DNA of 64,000 nucleotides, from contig CAWBWI010000003.1 of NCBI GenBank assembly GCA_963792585.1, positions 480,001 through 544,000 of the forward strand, read 5' to 3'. The translations under genes and the position numbers were made by a program. Under the pieces are notes generated by a model, which saw nothing but the letters and a program-made list of their open reading frames with translations, ran no database searches and was not told the DNA's origin. Below, one piece after another: positions 52,899 through 63,900 of this stretch; the stretch's first letter is position 1; every line of letters begins with the position of its first letter. This stretch comes from Candidatus Eiseniibacteriota bacterium (lineage in GTDB: Bacteria > Eisenbacteria > RBG-16-71-46 > CAIMUX01 > VGJL01).

Positions 52899-53432
52899 AT
52901 GCGGCGCATCGTCCCGATCCTTTGTCTGATGGTGATTGCGCTTTGCGCGATCATGCCGAGTGCGAAAGCGGCTACGGGGGAGAAGCCGATTCAAATCTCT
53001 CTATGGAATCCGGTCCAGATCTTCCCCGCGGAGACTTCGATCCGAGGACTGCGGTTGAACCTCCTGTACGGAGTGAACAAGGAAGTGCGGGGTCTCGACG
53101 TCGGCATCGTGAATCAGACGACCGGCGTCTTCAAGGGCCTGCAGTACGGAATCGTCGGCATGGTGGGCGGCGACATGCACGGCTGGCAGGACAACTTCGT
53201 CAACATCACCGACGCGAAGATGCACGGACTTCAGTCCGGAGCGTACAACCAGACCGGGAACGGCGAAGGGGTCCAGTGGGGATTCATCAACGTTGCGGAC
53301 GAATTCCATGGCCTTCAGGTCGCATTCGTCAACAGCACGAAGACGATGGACGGTTTGCAGATCGGTATCGTGAACATCATCTCGCAGGCGCCGAGCCACA
53401 AGATCCTTCCGATCGTGAACTGGCAGTTCTAA
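52899..53432 (+). CDS. Secreted GLQxG-repeat (LA_2272-like) protein
   Basis: Signal peptide; GLQ.G..N repeats; ends LPIVNWQF. Confidence 0.75.
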   Translation: MRRIVPILCLMVIALCAIMPSAKAATGEKPIQISLWNPVQIFPAETSIRGLRLNLLYGVNKEVRGLDVGIVNQTTGVFKGLQYGIVGMVGGDMHGWQDNFVNITDAKMHGLQSGAYNQTGNGEGVQWGFINVADEFHGLQVAFVNSTKTMDGLQIGIVNIISQAPSHKILPIVNWQF

Positions 53433-53468
53433 GCGAGACGTCGCCGGCCCGTCCGGCGGACGAAAAAT

Positions 53469-53503
53469 CGTGAGGGGTCTCGGGGATGCCCGTGACCCCT
53501 CGC
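53469..53503. terminator. Hairpin between convergent genes
   Basis: gaggggtc-tcggg-gatg-cccg-tgacccctc inverted repeat. Confidence 0.5.
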
Positions 53504-53590
53504 GCCGTCATGGGCCCAATCCCGCTGGGTTGCCTCCTCCGTCAAGTTGGCGGGCCTGTCCGGAGAGGGTGACCGTCCAGGGAACGGAGT

Positions 53591-56044
53591 CTAGAAGACC
53601 TTCCTCTGCACGGGACGGAAGAGCCGGAACTCGCAGCCGGCGATTGCATCATCTTCCCGCCCGATGACGACGCGGCGGGCCATCGCCTCGACCGCCCGGA
53701 ACCCGAACGGAAGGCCGTCGGCATCCAGGCGCACCTCGTGCTCGCCGGGCGCGAGTTGATGGAAGGAAAAGGAGCCGGTTTCATCCGTGTAGGTGAACTG
53801 CGCGTCGTCGAGGACGACGCGTACGTGCTCGACGCCTCCCGGGACCCTGGAGTATCCCAAGCCTCCCTCGTCGCCGTGGACGACCCGCCCCTCGATCGCG
53901 CCGGTCAACCGCACGATCGGGAAGTCGCAGGCGACAGGACGATCGGCGGAGACGTCCACTTCGATCGTCTCCATCCGATCGAGGGAGTAGGCAGTCGGAA
54001 TCGACTCCGGCAAAAGGCGAAGGAGGCGTCGTCCGATGGCGACGGAGGCGCGATACCGTCCGGATGCGTCGCAAGCGACCGGTTCACGCACGTCGTTGTC
54101 GACGACCACGCCGATTCCGGGGATGCCCGGCTCGTCGTCCTGGCGAACGCCGTCGCCATTGCGATCCTCGAAGACGACGCCGCCAAGCATCTGTCTCGTG
54201 CTCGCTCGAGGATCCGTCGTCGTGAGGAGATCATGCCCGGGATGTCCGGAAATGGAGTGCGTGAAGCCGATCTCGATCGACTCGTTCCGCTCCGCGCCGA
54301 GCTTGTTGAACCGGTAGAGCACCGAGAGGCCGACGCCGTCGGCCAGGAGGATGTCTCCATGGAGCATCCCTTGCGTCTGGATGGGACGAAACTGCGAGGC
54401 GTCTTCCTGGTGCACCTGCGCCGCGCTCGCGCCGAGCGTGAGACGGTTGCTCAGGAAGCGCACGGAGGAGACCTCGATCGTGGAGACCAGTTGCGGGCCG
54501 AGCGGTTCCTGCCAGACGGTCTGTTGCTGGAGCGACATGCGCGCGCCGCCGCCAAGCTCCAGACTCAGGTTGCCGGTGACGTAGTCTCGGCTTCCCCCGT
54601 CGACTTCCGTGAGGCGATTCGCCTGGAGCATGACGCGAAGGTCTCGGGAAACACGCTGGTCGGCGGAGATGCCGGACGATCGAATCGTCTGCGAGCGATC
54701 CGACAGGCTCCGCCACCTCCACTCCTGCGAGAATGCGACGCCCGTTCGCATGCGCGGGATGGTCCAGCCGAGCCGGCCTCCGCACTGGCTTCCCTGGGAG
54801 GCGCGGTTCTTGAGGCTCCATCGCAGGGTCTGGGACTCGTCCTCACCCGTAGGGACGATCACGGGGATCTGCTTCCACCGCCCCCCCCAGAGGCCCGCAT
54901 TCCACCCGTTCTTCGATCGAACGGCGGCGTCCGCGTCTGCCACGTATCGTGGAGCCTGCTGGATGCTGCCGAGCGCGCCCGCCCGATACGGCGTGCCTTG
55001 GGACGTCTCGACGTTCGTTCCAAGGGAAACCGCGCGGAAGCGGGTTCGCCCTCGCAGCCGTAGGTCGGCGCCGGTCTCGACCGATCCTGTCGCGAACCGG
55101 AACCTCGAGCCGAGTAACTCGGCCGCGAGGTTCGAGCGATCTGCGTGGATCGAGGTGGCAACCCCGACGCCGGCGCCCTCCCGGATGGGGCGCCACAGGA
55201 GATCGGCGTTCGACCGCCGTTCGGTCATGCGGTAGGCCTGTGCGCACACACTCTGGCTCGCGGAGAGATCGGAGCTCGCCGATGCCGCGTACACGCTGCG
55301 CGCATACTGGCCCGCGATGAGGCTCGCATACTGCACGGGGGCGCGCCCGCCGATGATTCCGAATCGGACGCGAAATCTACCGGAGTCGCTGGATCCAGAT
55401 CTGTCGATGCCCAATCCGCGTCCCGTCAAGCCTCGGCAGGCCGGTCCGGTCTGCGCGACGTCGACATCTCCAAGCCGAAACTTCCATCCCCCGACGGTGT
55501 CGATCTTCAATCGGCCGCGCGGCACATAGACGAGGCCGTCGCGATCGGCGATCTGGCCGTCGAGCTCCAGTTTGCCGACCGACAGGAGCCTCGTCGCATA
55601 GAGGCCGTAGCGCGCTTCGTCCCCTCGATGCGGCTGCGCGGGCACGATCCGGTTGCCGGAGAAGTGAAGCGCGATGTCGTCCCACCAGACGGAACGCGCG
55701 GGGGCGAGCAGATCCAGCGTCGGCTCCGGCTCGGGAACCGTGGTGAGGAAGGCGGTCTGTGATGCCTTGCGGGCGGGGGCGAATTCCGATCGCGGAATCC
55801 TCCGGACCTCGAATCGGGGAACAAACAGGGTCGTGGATAGGATGCCGGATGATGCCGAAGCGTCGGCGGGCGTCGCGGCTGGCGCCATCGTCGAGATCGA
55901 ATCGTCCGAGGCGGACGGGAGGCTCGCAACCGTGGATGGAACGGTTTCGCCTGCCGCCACGCTCGGCATCGGCCGCGCGGCCAGGATCGCGCCCGCGCAG
56001 ATCGGGATCATGAGGCGCCTCATGATGACGGCTGGCGGGGTCAT
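53591..56044 (-). CDS. Usher-like outer-membrane beta-barrel with C-terminal SdrD-B/prealbumin-like domains
   Basis: Signal peptide, amphipathic beta-strand region, GVVFEDRNGDGVRQDDEPGIPGI, TDETGSFSF..L.PG.H, terminal Phe; start re-called at ATG 56044. Confidence 0.6.
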   Translation of the reverse strand: MTPPAVIMRRLMIPICAGAILAARPMPSVAAGETVPSTVASLPSASDDSISTMAPAATPADASASSGILSTTLFVPRFEVRRIPRSEFAPARKASQTAFLTTVPEPEPTLDLLAPARSVWWDDIALHFSGNRIVPAQPHRGDEARYGLYATRLLSVGKLELDGQIADRDGLVYVPRGRLKIDTVGGWKFRLGDVDVAQTGPACRGLTGRGLGIDRSGSSDSGRFRVRFGIIGGRAPVQYASLIAGQYARSVYAASASSDLSASQSVCAQAYRMTERRSNADLLWRPIREGAGVGVATSIHADRSNLAAELLGSRFRFATGSVETGADLRLRGRTRFRAVSLGTNVETSQGTPYRAGALGSIQQAPRYVADADAAVRSKNGWNAGLWGGRWKQIPVIVPTGEDESQTLRWSLKNRASQGSQCGGRLGWTIPRMRTGVAFSQEWRWRSLSDRSQTIRSSGISADQRVSRDLRVMLQANRLTEVDGGSRDYVTGNLSLELGGGARMSLQQQTVWQEPLGPQLVSTIEVSSVRFLSNRLTLGASAAQVHQEDASQFRPIQTQGMLHGDILLADGVGLSVLYRFNKLGAERNESIEIGFTHSISGHPGHDLLTTTDPRASTRQMLGGVVFEDRNGDGVRQDDEPGIPGIGVVVDNDVREPVACDASGRYRASVAIGRRLLRLLPESIPTAYSLDRMETIEVDVSADRPVACDFPIVRLTGAIEGRVVHGDEGGLGYSRVPGGVEHVRVVLDDAQFTYTDETGSFSFHQLAPGEHEVRLDADGLPFGFRAVEAMARRVVIGREDDAIAGCEFRLFRPVQRKVF

Positions 56045-56046
56045 GC

Positions 56047-56997
56047 TCACTTGGCGCTGCCGTCCCCCGCCGGGGGCGCCCCAGGCTCGATGATGTCCGG
56101 AAACACCAGCTTCACCATCGGCAATGTGTCCTGGACCGAGAACTCCCGGATCCCCTGGATGAGGGTCTCCACGCCGACATCGAGCGTCACGACGAAGCGA
56201 TAGGAGCCCGGATACGGAGAGCGCCATGAGTGGCGGTAGGAAGTCTCCGTCTCGGGAAGGAGGACTCGCAGCGGGATCCTCTCCTCCATGATCTGGACAT
56301 CCGCCGGCCCCAGGATCTGAAGCCATCCGGTCGGGTAGTAGTGCACGTTCCCCCGATTCGCCAGATTGAAGGTGAGGCTGATCTCGGAGAGATCGCGACC
56401 GGCGGTCACGTCCACGCCGGTCAGTTCGTCATCACGGCGCTCCGTGCCGCGCGCCGTCAGATAGATGGTGGATCCGATCCGGGCCTTGGTCCGCAGACCG
56501 AGCCCGCTCTTGAGCGATGCGGACTCTCCCTCGAAGAAGACGATGGTCCAGTACGAACCCTGCGCCGTGTCAGGCAGTGAGGCGAGGATCCGGACGAGGC
56601 GACTCTCGTGCGGGCCCACGATGAACTCGGACAGATCCGGTTTCACCCAGGCGGTCGCGCTCCGTCGGACCGGGGTGGATGGGGAGAGATCCATTCCTCC
56701 ATCCGGAGTGCTCATCCAATCGGAGACGCTCGTGACGACGCGGACGATTTCATCACCGCTGTTGTAGACGGTGACCACGCGCATCTGATCGGTCCCCGGG
56801 CGGAGCGAGATCTGGAATTTCATGGGGGATGCGCCGAGGCGAATGCGTGCCTGTGCAGGGGATGTGCAGTTCTGTAGGAGCACGATGGTGAGCAGCAGGG
56901 ATCCGATGGACCTGACAGGATGTCGAAAAGCCCTCGTCGGCGCTCTTGCGCGAACGGGGACCGTCCCGATCCTGACCATCTCCCGGTCGATCATCAT
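56047..56997 (-). CDS. PapD-like periplasmic pilus chaperone
   Basis: LGASPMKF...PG, VYNSG, SATAWV, F.VGP.E...VR, GSYW..VFFE, N.GNVHY, LLP two-Ig-domain pattern. Confidence 0.7.
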   Translation of the reverse strand: MMIDREMVRIGTVPVRARAPTRAFRHPVRSIGSLLLTIVLLQNCTSPAQARIRLGASPMKFQISLRPGTDQMRVVTVYNSGDEIVRVVTSVSDWMSTPDGGMDLSPSTPVRRSATAWVKPDLSEFIVGPHESRLVRILASLPDTAQGSYWTIVFFEGESASLKSGLGLRTKARIGSTIYLTARGTERRDDELTGVDVTAGRDLSEISLTFNLANRGNVHYYPTGWLQILGPADVQIMEERIPLRVLLPETETSYRHSWRSPYPGSYRFVVTLDVGVETLIQGIREFSVQDTLPMVKLVFPDIIEPGAPPAGDGSAK

Positions 56998-57080
56998 CCT
57001 GATCTTCTCTCGTGCCGGCTCTCGGACCTCGGGGGGCCGAGGAGGTCTCCTGACCGTGACGAGCCGGTAGTGACCGCTCC

Positions 57081-57644
57081 TTACTGCACGCTGACGGTGT
57101 AGGTCAGCGTGGTCGTGTAGGTCGTCGTACCGCCACCGCCCGCATCGTAGTAATTCCAGAGATTGTTGATCCGGATGTCCGTGTCGATCGTCGTGTACGT
57201 GGGCTGCTCCTCGCCGGTGGTCCAGATACTCTGATCCGTGCCCGTGATCGCCGTGTAGGAACTGATGGTCGAGCCACCGGTCCCCGCCGCCGTCTGCGTC
57301 TTGAACAGCAGGTCCGCCAGGGCGATTCCCGGCGTGAGATCATCGCTGCGAATGGAGAGGATCATGCCGGTGCTGCTGTTGGTCCTCACCTGCGTCGCGA
57401 TGCCTGCAGCGCCTTCCGCCACGATGTAGCCGGCCTCGTAGTTCGCTTGGTTGGGCGACAACGTGACACTGGCATCGGTGATGTCGATCTCGGCGGTCGC
57501 CGCGGCCTCGAGATTCACGTCGGACGTTCCGGTCGTAGCCGCCTGGCTCGAGTCCCACGGAATGGGAAGGCTGATAAGCATGAAGACGGCGAGAACTCCA
57601 AGGGCCGTCCTCGAGATCCGTCCAAACTGGACCGTGTTCATCAT
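57081..57644 (-). CDS. Putative fimbrial/pilin subunit
   Basis: Signal ending SQA; Thr/Ala-rich beta protein; C-terminal alternating strand TYTTTLTYTV; GGAGAGG RBS; directly upstream of the chaperone. Confidence 0.65.
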   Translation of the reverse strand: MMNTVQFGRISRTALGVLAVFMLISLPIPWDSSQAATTGTSDVNLEAAATAEIDITDASVTLSPNQANYEAGYIVAEGAAGIATQVRTNSSTGMILSIRSDDLTPGIALADLLFKTQTAAGTGGSTISSYTAITGTDQSIWTTGEEQPTYTTIDTDIRINNLWNYYDAGGGGTTTYTTTLTYTVSVQ

Positions 57645-58204
57645 GAGTCTCCTCTCCCCGCACGCGCGTCTCGCCCATGGACGGTCGATGAACGCGCCTC
57701 ACATTCGCCATCGCACTTCACGGAGGCCGCCAAGCGTCCGCCAATTGACCATTCTTATGATCGGTAGCTCGGGAAGCGGAGATAACGGTTCTTGAGAGAT
57801 TCCAGGCTGAAAGTCCTGCGATTCGGGGCAAAGGAGGCAGATCGAGCGGTCAATTCGACGAGAACGAGCGATATAGATGGAGTGAAGAAAGCCCGTGGAT
57901 CGGGCTAGGTCCCGAGCAGGACGCAACCTATTGAGTCACAGCGAGTTCCCCCGGCAATGCCGCCTGAATTCCCGCCGGTTGTCGCCGGATCGATCCCGTC
58001 GTCGCCCGGCTCCGCCCACGATGGCGGCCGCCGGAGTCCACCCGCCCCGAAGAGAGCCTGTCACCTTTCGCTGTCCGTCCCCGCGTTTCCCCGTCAGAAG
58101 CCCGCCGCCCCGTTTCTCACGGAGGCGGCCACCCGGCGCGGAGGTCCCCCGGCCCGACCCCGCCGGGAGAACAGGGGTCGGAGCGATGGAGGAGGCAATC
58201 TCAA

Positions 58205-60184
58205 ATGAATATCAGGAGTTGGGTAGTTGCTCTGGCTCTTGCGATCCTGGGACTCGTGTCCGCCGGCCGGGCCGACGCGATTCTCTATGACCTCGATTTC
58301 GGAACCCCGCCCCACACGGTCGGCCTGCCGCCGGTGACGGGTGCGGGCCCTGCGGTTCGCGAGACCGTTTCGGCGGTCATCAATGGAACCCCGCTGGTCG
58401 TCGCCGCCGCAGGCGCCCTCGTGGATCAGCCCTGTTTCTTCAGCTCGTACGATGGTCAGGGAGACCAGATCCAGCTCGACCTGTGGGATCTCCCCCTGTC
58501 CTCCACATACACCCTCGACGTCGACGTCCTCGTGATCGGCGGGGAGCCGCAGGCAGAGCTCGCGTTCAATTTCGACACGCCCGACGTGCGCACCGTCCGT
58601 TTCCTTGGCGACGGCACGGTGATGGGGTTCGTCCCCGGGGTGGGGGACCTGTTCCTCGGCGCGTACGTTCCCGGGCAGGTCGTCCGCCTTTCCGTCGAGA
58701 TCGTGCTGGATGCCGACTTCTGGACGATCTCGCTGGATGGGGCCGAGGTATACGCAGGGAGTTTCGGCGGCGCCACCGAGCTCGAAGACGTGCGCGTGTC
58801 GACGGCGGTCGATCCGAACCCCCTGCGCCTGCGCGGCGCGATCGACAATCTGGTCCTGTCCGAAGGGCCGGGCCTCGCCGACGGTGGGTGCGACCGTCTC
58901 GGCTTCGGGGATCTGGTACGGGGTGCCGTCTACAACGTTGGCGACAGCTTCGCGACCGACTCGGTCACGGTCAACGTGGAGGAGTTCGCGACGGATGTCG
59001 GCGTGTGCGGGGCGCCCTTCGCTTCCGGATTTACAGAGGTCGTGGCGGGCGGTCTTGCCTGTGGCTCCGGTAAGGAACTCGAGGTCAACAATGTGAGCCT
59101 GGCGTTCGACTTCGGCGCAACGGTGACCGACGTCGTCATTCCCTTTGGAGAGTACGGCGGGACCGTCTCCCTCGAGGTCAACGGTGACTGCGAGGTCGTC
59201 GAGAACTTCGTCGATCTGGACGGGACGAGCCTCGGCGGCGTCGCGGTATCGGTCTGGGATCCGAACGTCCCGGGACAGGGGTGCGGCGTGATCAGGCTCG
59301 GAGGGGCGGTCGCCTCGCTGGCGATCGGCGGACAGGAGCTCTTTCTCGACGACCTGAGCTACTGCATCTCCTGTCCCGACCTGCAACGGTCGGCGTTCGA
59401 GGATCAGACTCTGAACGCGACGTTCAACGTCGGTGACAGCTTCACGAGCGGAGCGGCGACGCACACTTTCTTCGCCTTCTTCCCGCCCGGCCCCGACTGT
59501 GTGAATCCCGATCCGAATGGCGTGGCCACGATCGGGAACGGACGCAACGCATGCGGCGACGGAAAGGAACTCCAGCTCAACAACATCAACGATCGAATCG
59601 ACTTCGGCGCTCCATTGCAGTGGCTCGCGCTGAACTACGGCGAATACGGCGGAAACGTCAACATCCGCATCAACGGTGATTGCCTCAACCTGAACAATCT
59701 CTCCGACGTGAACGGATCGACGGTGGGCGGAGTGACCGTCTGGGCGATTGACTACGGCCCCGCGGGCCAGAGCTGCGGCAACCTCTATGCGGTGGGAACG
59801 ATCGACAACTTCCGGATCGGCGGACAGGAGTTCTTCATCGACAACGTGCGGGCCTGCCCGATCTCGACGGCGGCGGTCATCGGGCCGCGCGAAGACGCCG
59901 CACCTTCCCCGTTGCGGCTCGACCCGAGCTGGCCGAACCCCGCGCGCGGAAGCGCCACGCTTCGGTTTGCGCTCGCCGCGCCCGCGGACATCCGTATGAC
60001 GATCTTCGATGTCGGGGGACGCGCCGTGCGGACGCTCATCAATGGCGCCATGGATGCCGGGGACCACGAGGTTCGGTGGGATGGGAGAGATGAGCGGGGC
60101 AACCGTCTGCCGGCGGGGGTCTACTCCTACCGGATCCAGTCGGGAGGCTCGTCGGTCGCCCGCCGCTTGGTCCTGCTTCCCTAG
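58205..60184 (+). CDS. Secreted protein with two tandem Cys-containing beta domains and a FlgD-type CTD
   Basis: Signal ending ADA with GGAGG RBS; duplicated (Y/F)NVGDSF...ACG.GKEL..NN...GEYGG.V...NGDC...IGGQE.F.D; PNP...WDGRDE.G..LPAGVY tail. Confidence 0.8.
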   Translation: MNIRSWVVALALAILGLVSAGRADAILYDLDFGTPPHTVGLPPVTGAGPAVRETVSAVINGTPLVVAAAGALVDQPCFFSSYDGQGDQIQLDLWDLPLSSTYTLDVDVLVIGGEPQAELAFNFDTPDVRTVRFLGDGTVMGFVPGVGDLFLGAYVPGQVVRLSVEIVLDADFWTISLDGAEVYAGSFGGATELEDVRVSTAVDPNPLRLRGAIDNLVLSEGPGLADGGCDRLGFGDLVRGAVYNVGDSFATDSVTVNVEEFATDVGVCGAPFASGFTEVVAGGLACGSGKELEVNNVSLAFDFGATVTDVVIPFGEYGGTVSLEVNGDCEVVENFVDLDGTSLGGVAVSVWDPNVPGQGCGVIRLGGAVASLAIGGQELFLDDLSYCISCPDLQRSAFEDQTLNATFNVGDSFTSGAATHTFFAFFPPGPDCVNPDPNGVATIGNGRNACGDGKELQLNNINDRIDFGAPLQWLALNYGEYGGNVNIRINGDCLNLNNLSDVNGSTVGGVTVWAIDYGPAGQSCGNLYAVGTIDNFRIGGQEFFIDNVRACPISTAAVIGPREDAAPSPLRLDPSWPNPARGSATLRFALAAPADIRMTIFDVGGRAVRTLINGAMDAGDHEVRWDGRDERGNRLPAGVYSYRIQSGGSSVARRLVLLP

Positions 60185-60283
60185 CCCGGTCGTTTTCGAT
60201 CGAGAACACGAAGGCGGCGGGGATCGGTTTCCGGTCCCCGCCGTTCTCCGTCGACGGTCCGCCGTCGCGCAGGTTCGCCTCGC

Positions 60284-60907
60284 TCAGGCGGACGGGGATC
60301 CCCCTACACTGAGGGCGCGCCACAACCAGGCCCGCGCGAACTTCCAATCCCGCAGCACCGTCCGCTCCGACACCCCGAGTGCGGCCGCCGCCTCTTCGGG
60401 GGTGAGCCCCGCGAAGTAGATCATCTCCACCACCTGGACCTTGCGCGGATGCACCTCGGCGAGGCGATCGAGAACCCGATGGAGATCGAGCAGGTCGACC
60501 GGCCTCCCGCCCTCGTCGAGAAGATTCTCCGTGAGGGTGACGGGCGCCGCGCCTCCTCCGCGCTTCGCCGTTCGTCGCGCGCGCGCATAGTCGATGATCA
60601 CGCGGCGCATGGCGGTTGCCGCCACCGCGAGGAGGTGGGAGCGGCCCTGCAGATCCGACCGGGTCTCGCGGGCCAGGCGAAGGTAGGCTTCGTGCGCGAG
60701 GGCGGTGGGGCCGAGGGTGCGCGCCCATCTCTCCCCGCGAAGGAGATAGGCCGCGAGTCCGCGGAGTTCGTCGTAGACAATCGGGAGCATCGCCTCGAGG
60801 GAAGTGGAATCCGACAGGGTCGCCCGCGCGAAGACATCCTGGACGAACCGCTCGAGAACGGCGACGTCGTCGTCCGCCGGCCGGCCGGTCGACGGGCCCG
60901 CGTTCAC
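60284..60907 (-). CDS. ECF sigma factor (TIGR02999/ECF43-like, kinase-associated)
   Basis: LPIVYDELR.LA, TLGPTALAHEAYLRL, AMRRVIIDYAR.R.T.KRGG, YFAGLT.EE.A..LGVS.RTV.RDW.FARAWL; GTGA overlap with the kinase stop. Confidence 0.92.
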   Translation of the reverse strand: MNAGPSTGRPADDDVAVLERFVQDVFARATLSDSTSLEAMLPIVYDELRGLAAYLLRGERWARTLGPTALAHEAYLRLARETRSDLQGRSHLLAVAATAMRRVIIDYARARRTAKRGGGAAPVTLTENLLDEGGRPVDLLDLHRVLDRLAEVHPRKVQVVEMIYFAGLTPEEAAAALGVSERTVLRDWKFARAWLWRALSVGGSPSA

Positions 60908-63900
60908 TTGGGATCCTCGGAAGCCGCCGGTGGGTTGCCGGAAGACTCCGACACCCACGCGATCAGCTCCGCCACACTCCGAGATTCGCCGCGGACCACG
61001 GCGACTGCCATCGCCGCCTCTCCGATGGTCTCGGTCAGACGTTCCCGCCATGCTTCGAGCTTCTGACGCTGCTCCGGCAGGTTCGCGACCTCGTCCGACG
61101 CGTACACGCGCTGGAGGGTCACGATGATTTCCGCGGCACGCATTGAATCACCGGACATTTCGATGACCCGCGCGATCGAGTTGATCACGGATGCCGCACC
61201 GGAGAAATCGCCGATACGCGCCCGGATCCGCATCGCCTCGAGAAGATGACCGCGTGCCTCTTCCAGGCGGCCGTGCGCCAGCGCGAGATCCCCCAGATGA
61301 TGATGGGTCATTGCCGTGCCTGCCGCGTCCCGGTTCTCCACGTGGATGGATAGCGCTTCCTCCAGCCATGCGCGCGCCACATCCGGACGACCGAGCATCA
61401 TCTCGGTCCTTCCGAGATTGAGGAGGCCCTTTGCCTCGGCCAGTCGGTCCCTCATGTCCCTGCAAAGAACGAGGAAGGCGCGATGATAGCCCAGGGCCGT
61501 CTCGTGGTCGCCCCCGAGGCTGTGAATCACGCCGAGGTTCCCGATGCAGACGGCCTTGCCGCCACGATCGCCGCCGGCCTCGAAGAGATGGAGCGCTTCC
61601 TCGAAGGACCCCCGGGCGGCATCGATGTCCGTCCGAAACCAGGCGGCTATCCCGGCCGTGTGGAGAGCGCGCGCCAACGGCATCGGCTCGCCGAGCGCGT
61701 GCGCGGCGTCCACCGCGCGATCGGCCAGGCCCCGCGCCTTCTCCCGTTGCCCGAGCGAGGCCGCCATGCGTCCCGCCTGGCTCAGAATCTCGATCCGATC
61801 ACGTGGGTGTGGGGCGTCGCCGCCGGCCGATGGCGACCCGGAGTCGCTTGCCCTAGAGTCGATTGACTCGGGGGCGATCGCGAGCAGGTGCTCGAGGCGC
61901 AGAAGGCCTTCCGACCAGTAACCTGTTTGGATCCAATAGCGGCTGATCCTCCCGCCGAGGACGAACGCGCGGCCGATGTCGTGCCGCGCGATCGACTGAT
62001 CCAGTCCGTGGATCAGATTCGCATAGTCGGGTTCGATCCGGCGGACCCACGTGGAGCTTGTTGGACCCTCCTCCTCCGGGAGCAACTCTGCGATCCGGAT
62101 CAGGTGTTCCAGGTAGCGCGTCTCCACCTCCCGGCGCTCATCGTCGCTCTCCTCGAGCCGGCCGGCGGCAAACGTCCGGATCGACTCGATCAATCGATAG
62201 CGGACGGATCGCGGCGGATCTTCGCGGCTCGCCCGGGCGCGCGCCTCGGGCTCGATAAGCGAGCGCTCGACGAGATGAACCAGGTGCTCGTAGACCTGCC
62301 ACGCTTCGATACCGGAGCCAGCGCAGACGGCCTCCGCGTCTGCCAGGGTGCAACCGCCTCGAAACACGGACAGCCGCCGGAGCAGGAGTCGCTCCGCATC
62401 GGGGAGGAGCCGGTAGCTCCAATCGACGAGATCGTGCAGGGAGCGGTGCCGCGCAGGCCGTCGCGAGGAAAGATCGGGCAGCGACTCTCCCCCCGCGATG
62501 CGACGTAAGAGTTCCGGAAGCGGGAGCGACCGGGCGTGGCTCGCCGTCAGCTCGATCGCCAGGGGCAGGCCCTCCAGATGACGGCAGATGTCGCGGATGA
62601 CGGCCCGCTCCTCTGGACCCAGGCCCGATGCCGGCAGGCTGCCGCGCGCGCGCCGCAGGAACAACTCCACGGCCTCCGTCCGATCGTCCTCGGGACCGCC
62701 TCCCCCGTCGTGCGGGATCGCGAGTGGGGAGAGGGGAACGAGCTCTTCGCCGTCGATCGCCAGGGGTTGTCGGCTCGTGGCAAGGACCGTGAGGGCCGGG
62801 CTTCTTCCGAGCAGCTCCTCGACGAAGCCCGCCGTCTCCTCGAGGATGTGTTCGCAATTGTCGAGCAGGATCAGGGAGCGCACACCGTGGATCTGGTCGG
62901 CGATGGCCTGCGCGTACGCCGGGGGATCCGCGGCCCTCGGCACGTCCCGAAGCTGAAGGATGCGGGCGATCGCGGCAGGGGCATCCGTGCCGCGCGTCAG
63001 TTCCGACAGATCGACGAACCAGCATCCCCCCGGGAAGTGTTCCTGAACGCGGACGGCGGCTTCGAGAGCGGTGCGGGTCTTGCCGACACCGCCCGGGCCG
63101 GTCAAGGTGACGAGACGTTGATCGAGAAGCCGCGCGGCGAGCCGATCGAGGATCGCCACCCGCCCGACGAAGGCGGAAAGGGGGCGGGGGAGGTTGCCGG
63201 CGGCGTGTCGAAGCTCCTTCTCTCCGGGGTCCGCCCCCGCATCGGGTTCGGGTTGCACGCGCGCCGGAACATCGGCCCCCGGAGTCTCACGATGGGATTC
63301 CACGAGCGAATCGATCCGTACCCGCAGCAGCTCGTCCTCGAGGAGCAACCGGGCGGATGCGGCGCTCACGTCCCGCCGCTCCGGATCGGCCTCCAGGCAG
63401 AGACGCAGGAGCCCGGCGACTCTTTCCGGCAAGGAGACGGGCAGTCGCTCTAGATCGATCTCTCCCCGACGGTTTGCATCGATCAGATCTCCCAGGCTCT
63501 CCCCCGGCGTCGCCGGACTCCCGGTGAGGCTCTCGTAGAGGACCGCACCGAAGGACCAGAGGTCGGAGCGCGGATCGATCGGTTCGCCGCGGCACTGCTC
63601 GGGGCTCATGTAGCCGGGGGTGCCGGCCGCCTTCGGGGCGCCGGAATCGGGGGAGAGGAGCAATGCCAACCCGAAATCGAGGACCTTGACCCAACCGTCA
63701 TCCGTCACGCGGACGTTGGCGGGTTTCAGGTCCCGGTGGACGATCGATCGCGCGTGCGCCGCCTCCAGCGCCGCGGCAATCTGGCGGGCGACATCCAGGG
63801 CCGTCTCGAGGGGGAGCGGTCCTTCGTGGAGGCGCTCGGCCAACGTCCGGCCGGGCACGTACTCCATGGTCAGAATGGAGAGCGTCGTTGCTTCCGAATG

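Noticed and set aside
57700..58200. c-di-GMP riboswitch or ECF promoter between the pilin and the CTD gene
   Set aside because: Only an isolated ggacgcaa and a tgtcac...cgtt pair; stems and spacing do not fit convincingly
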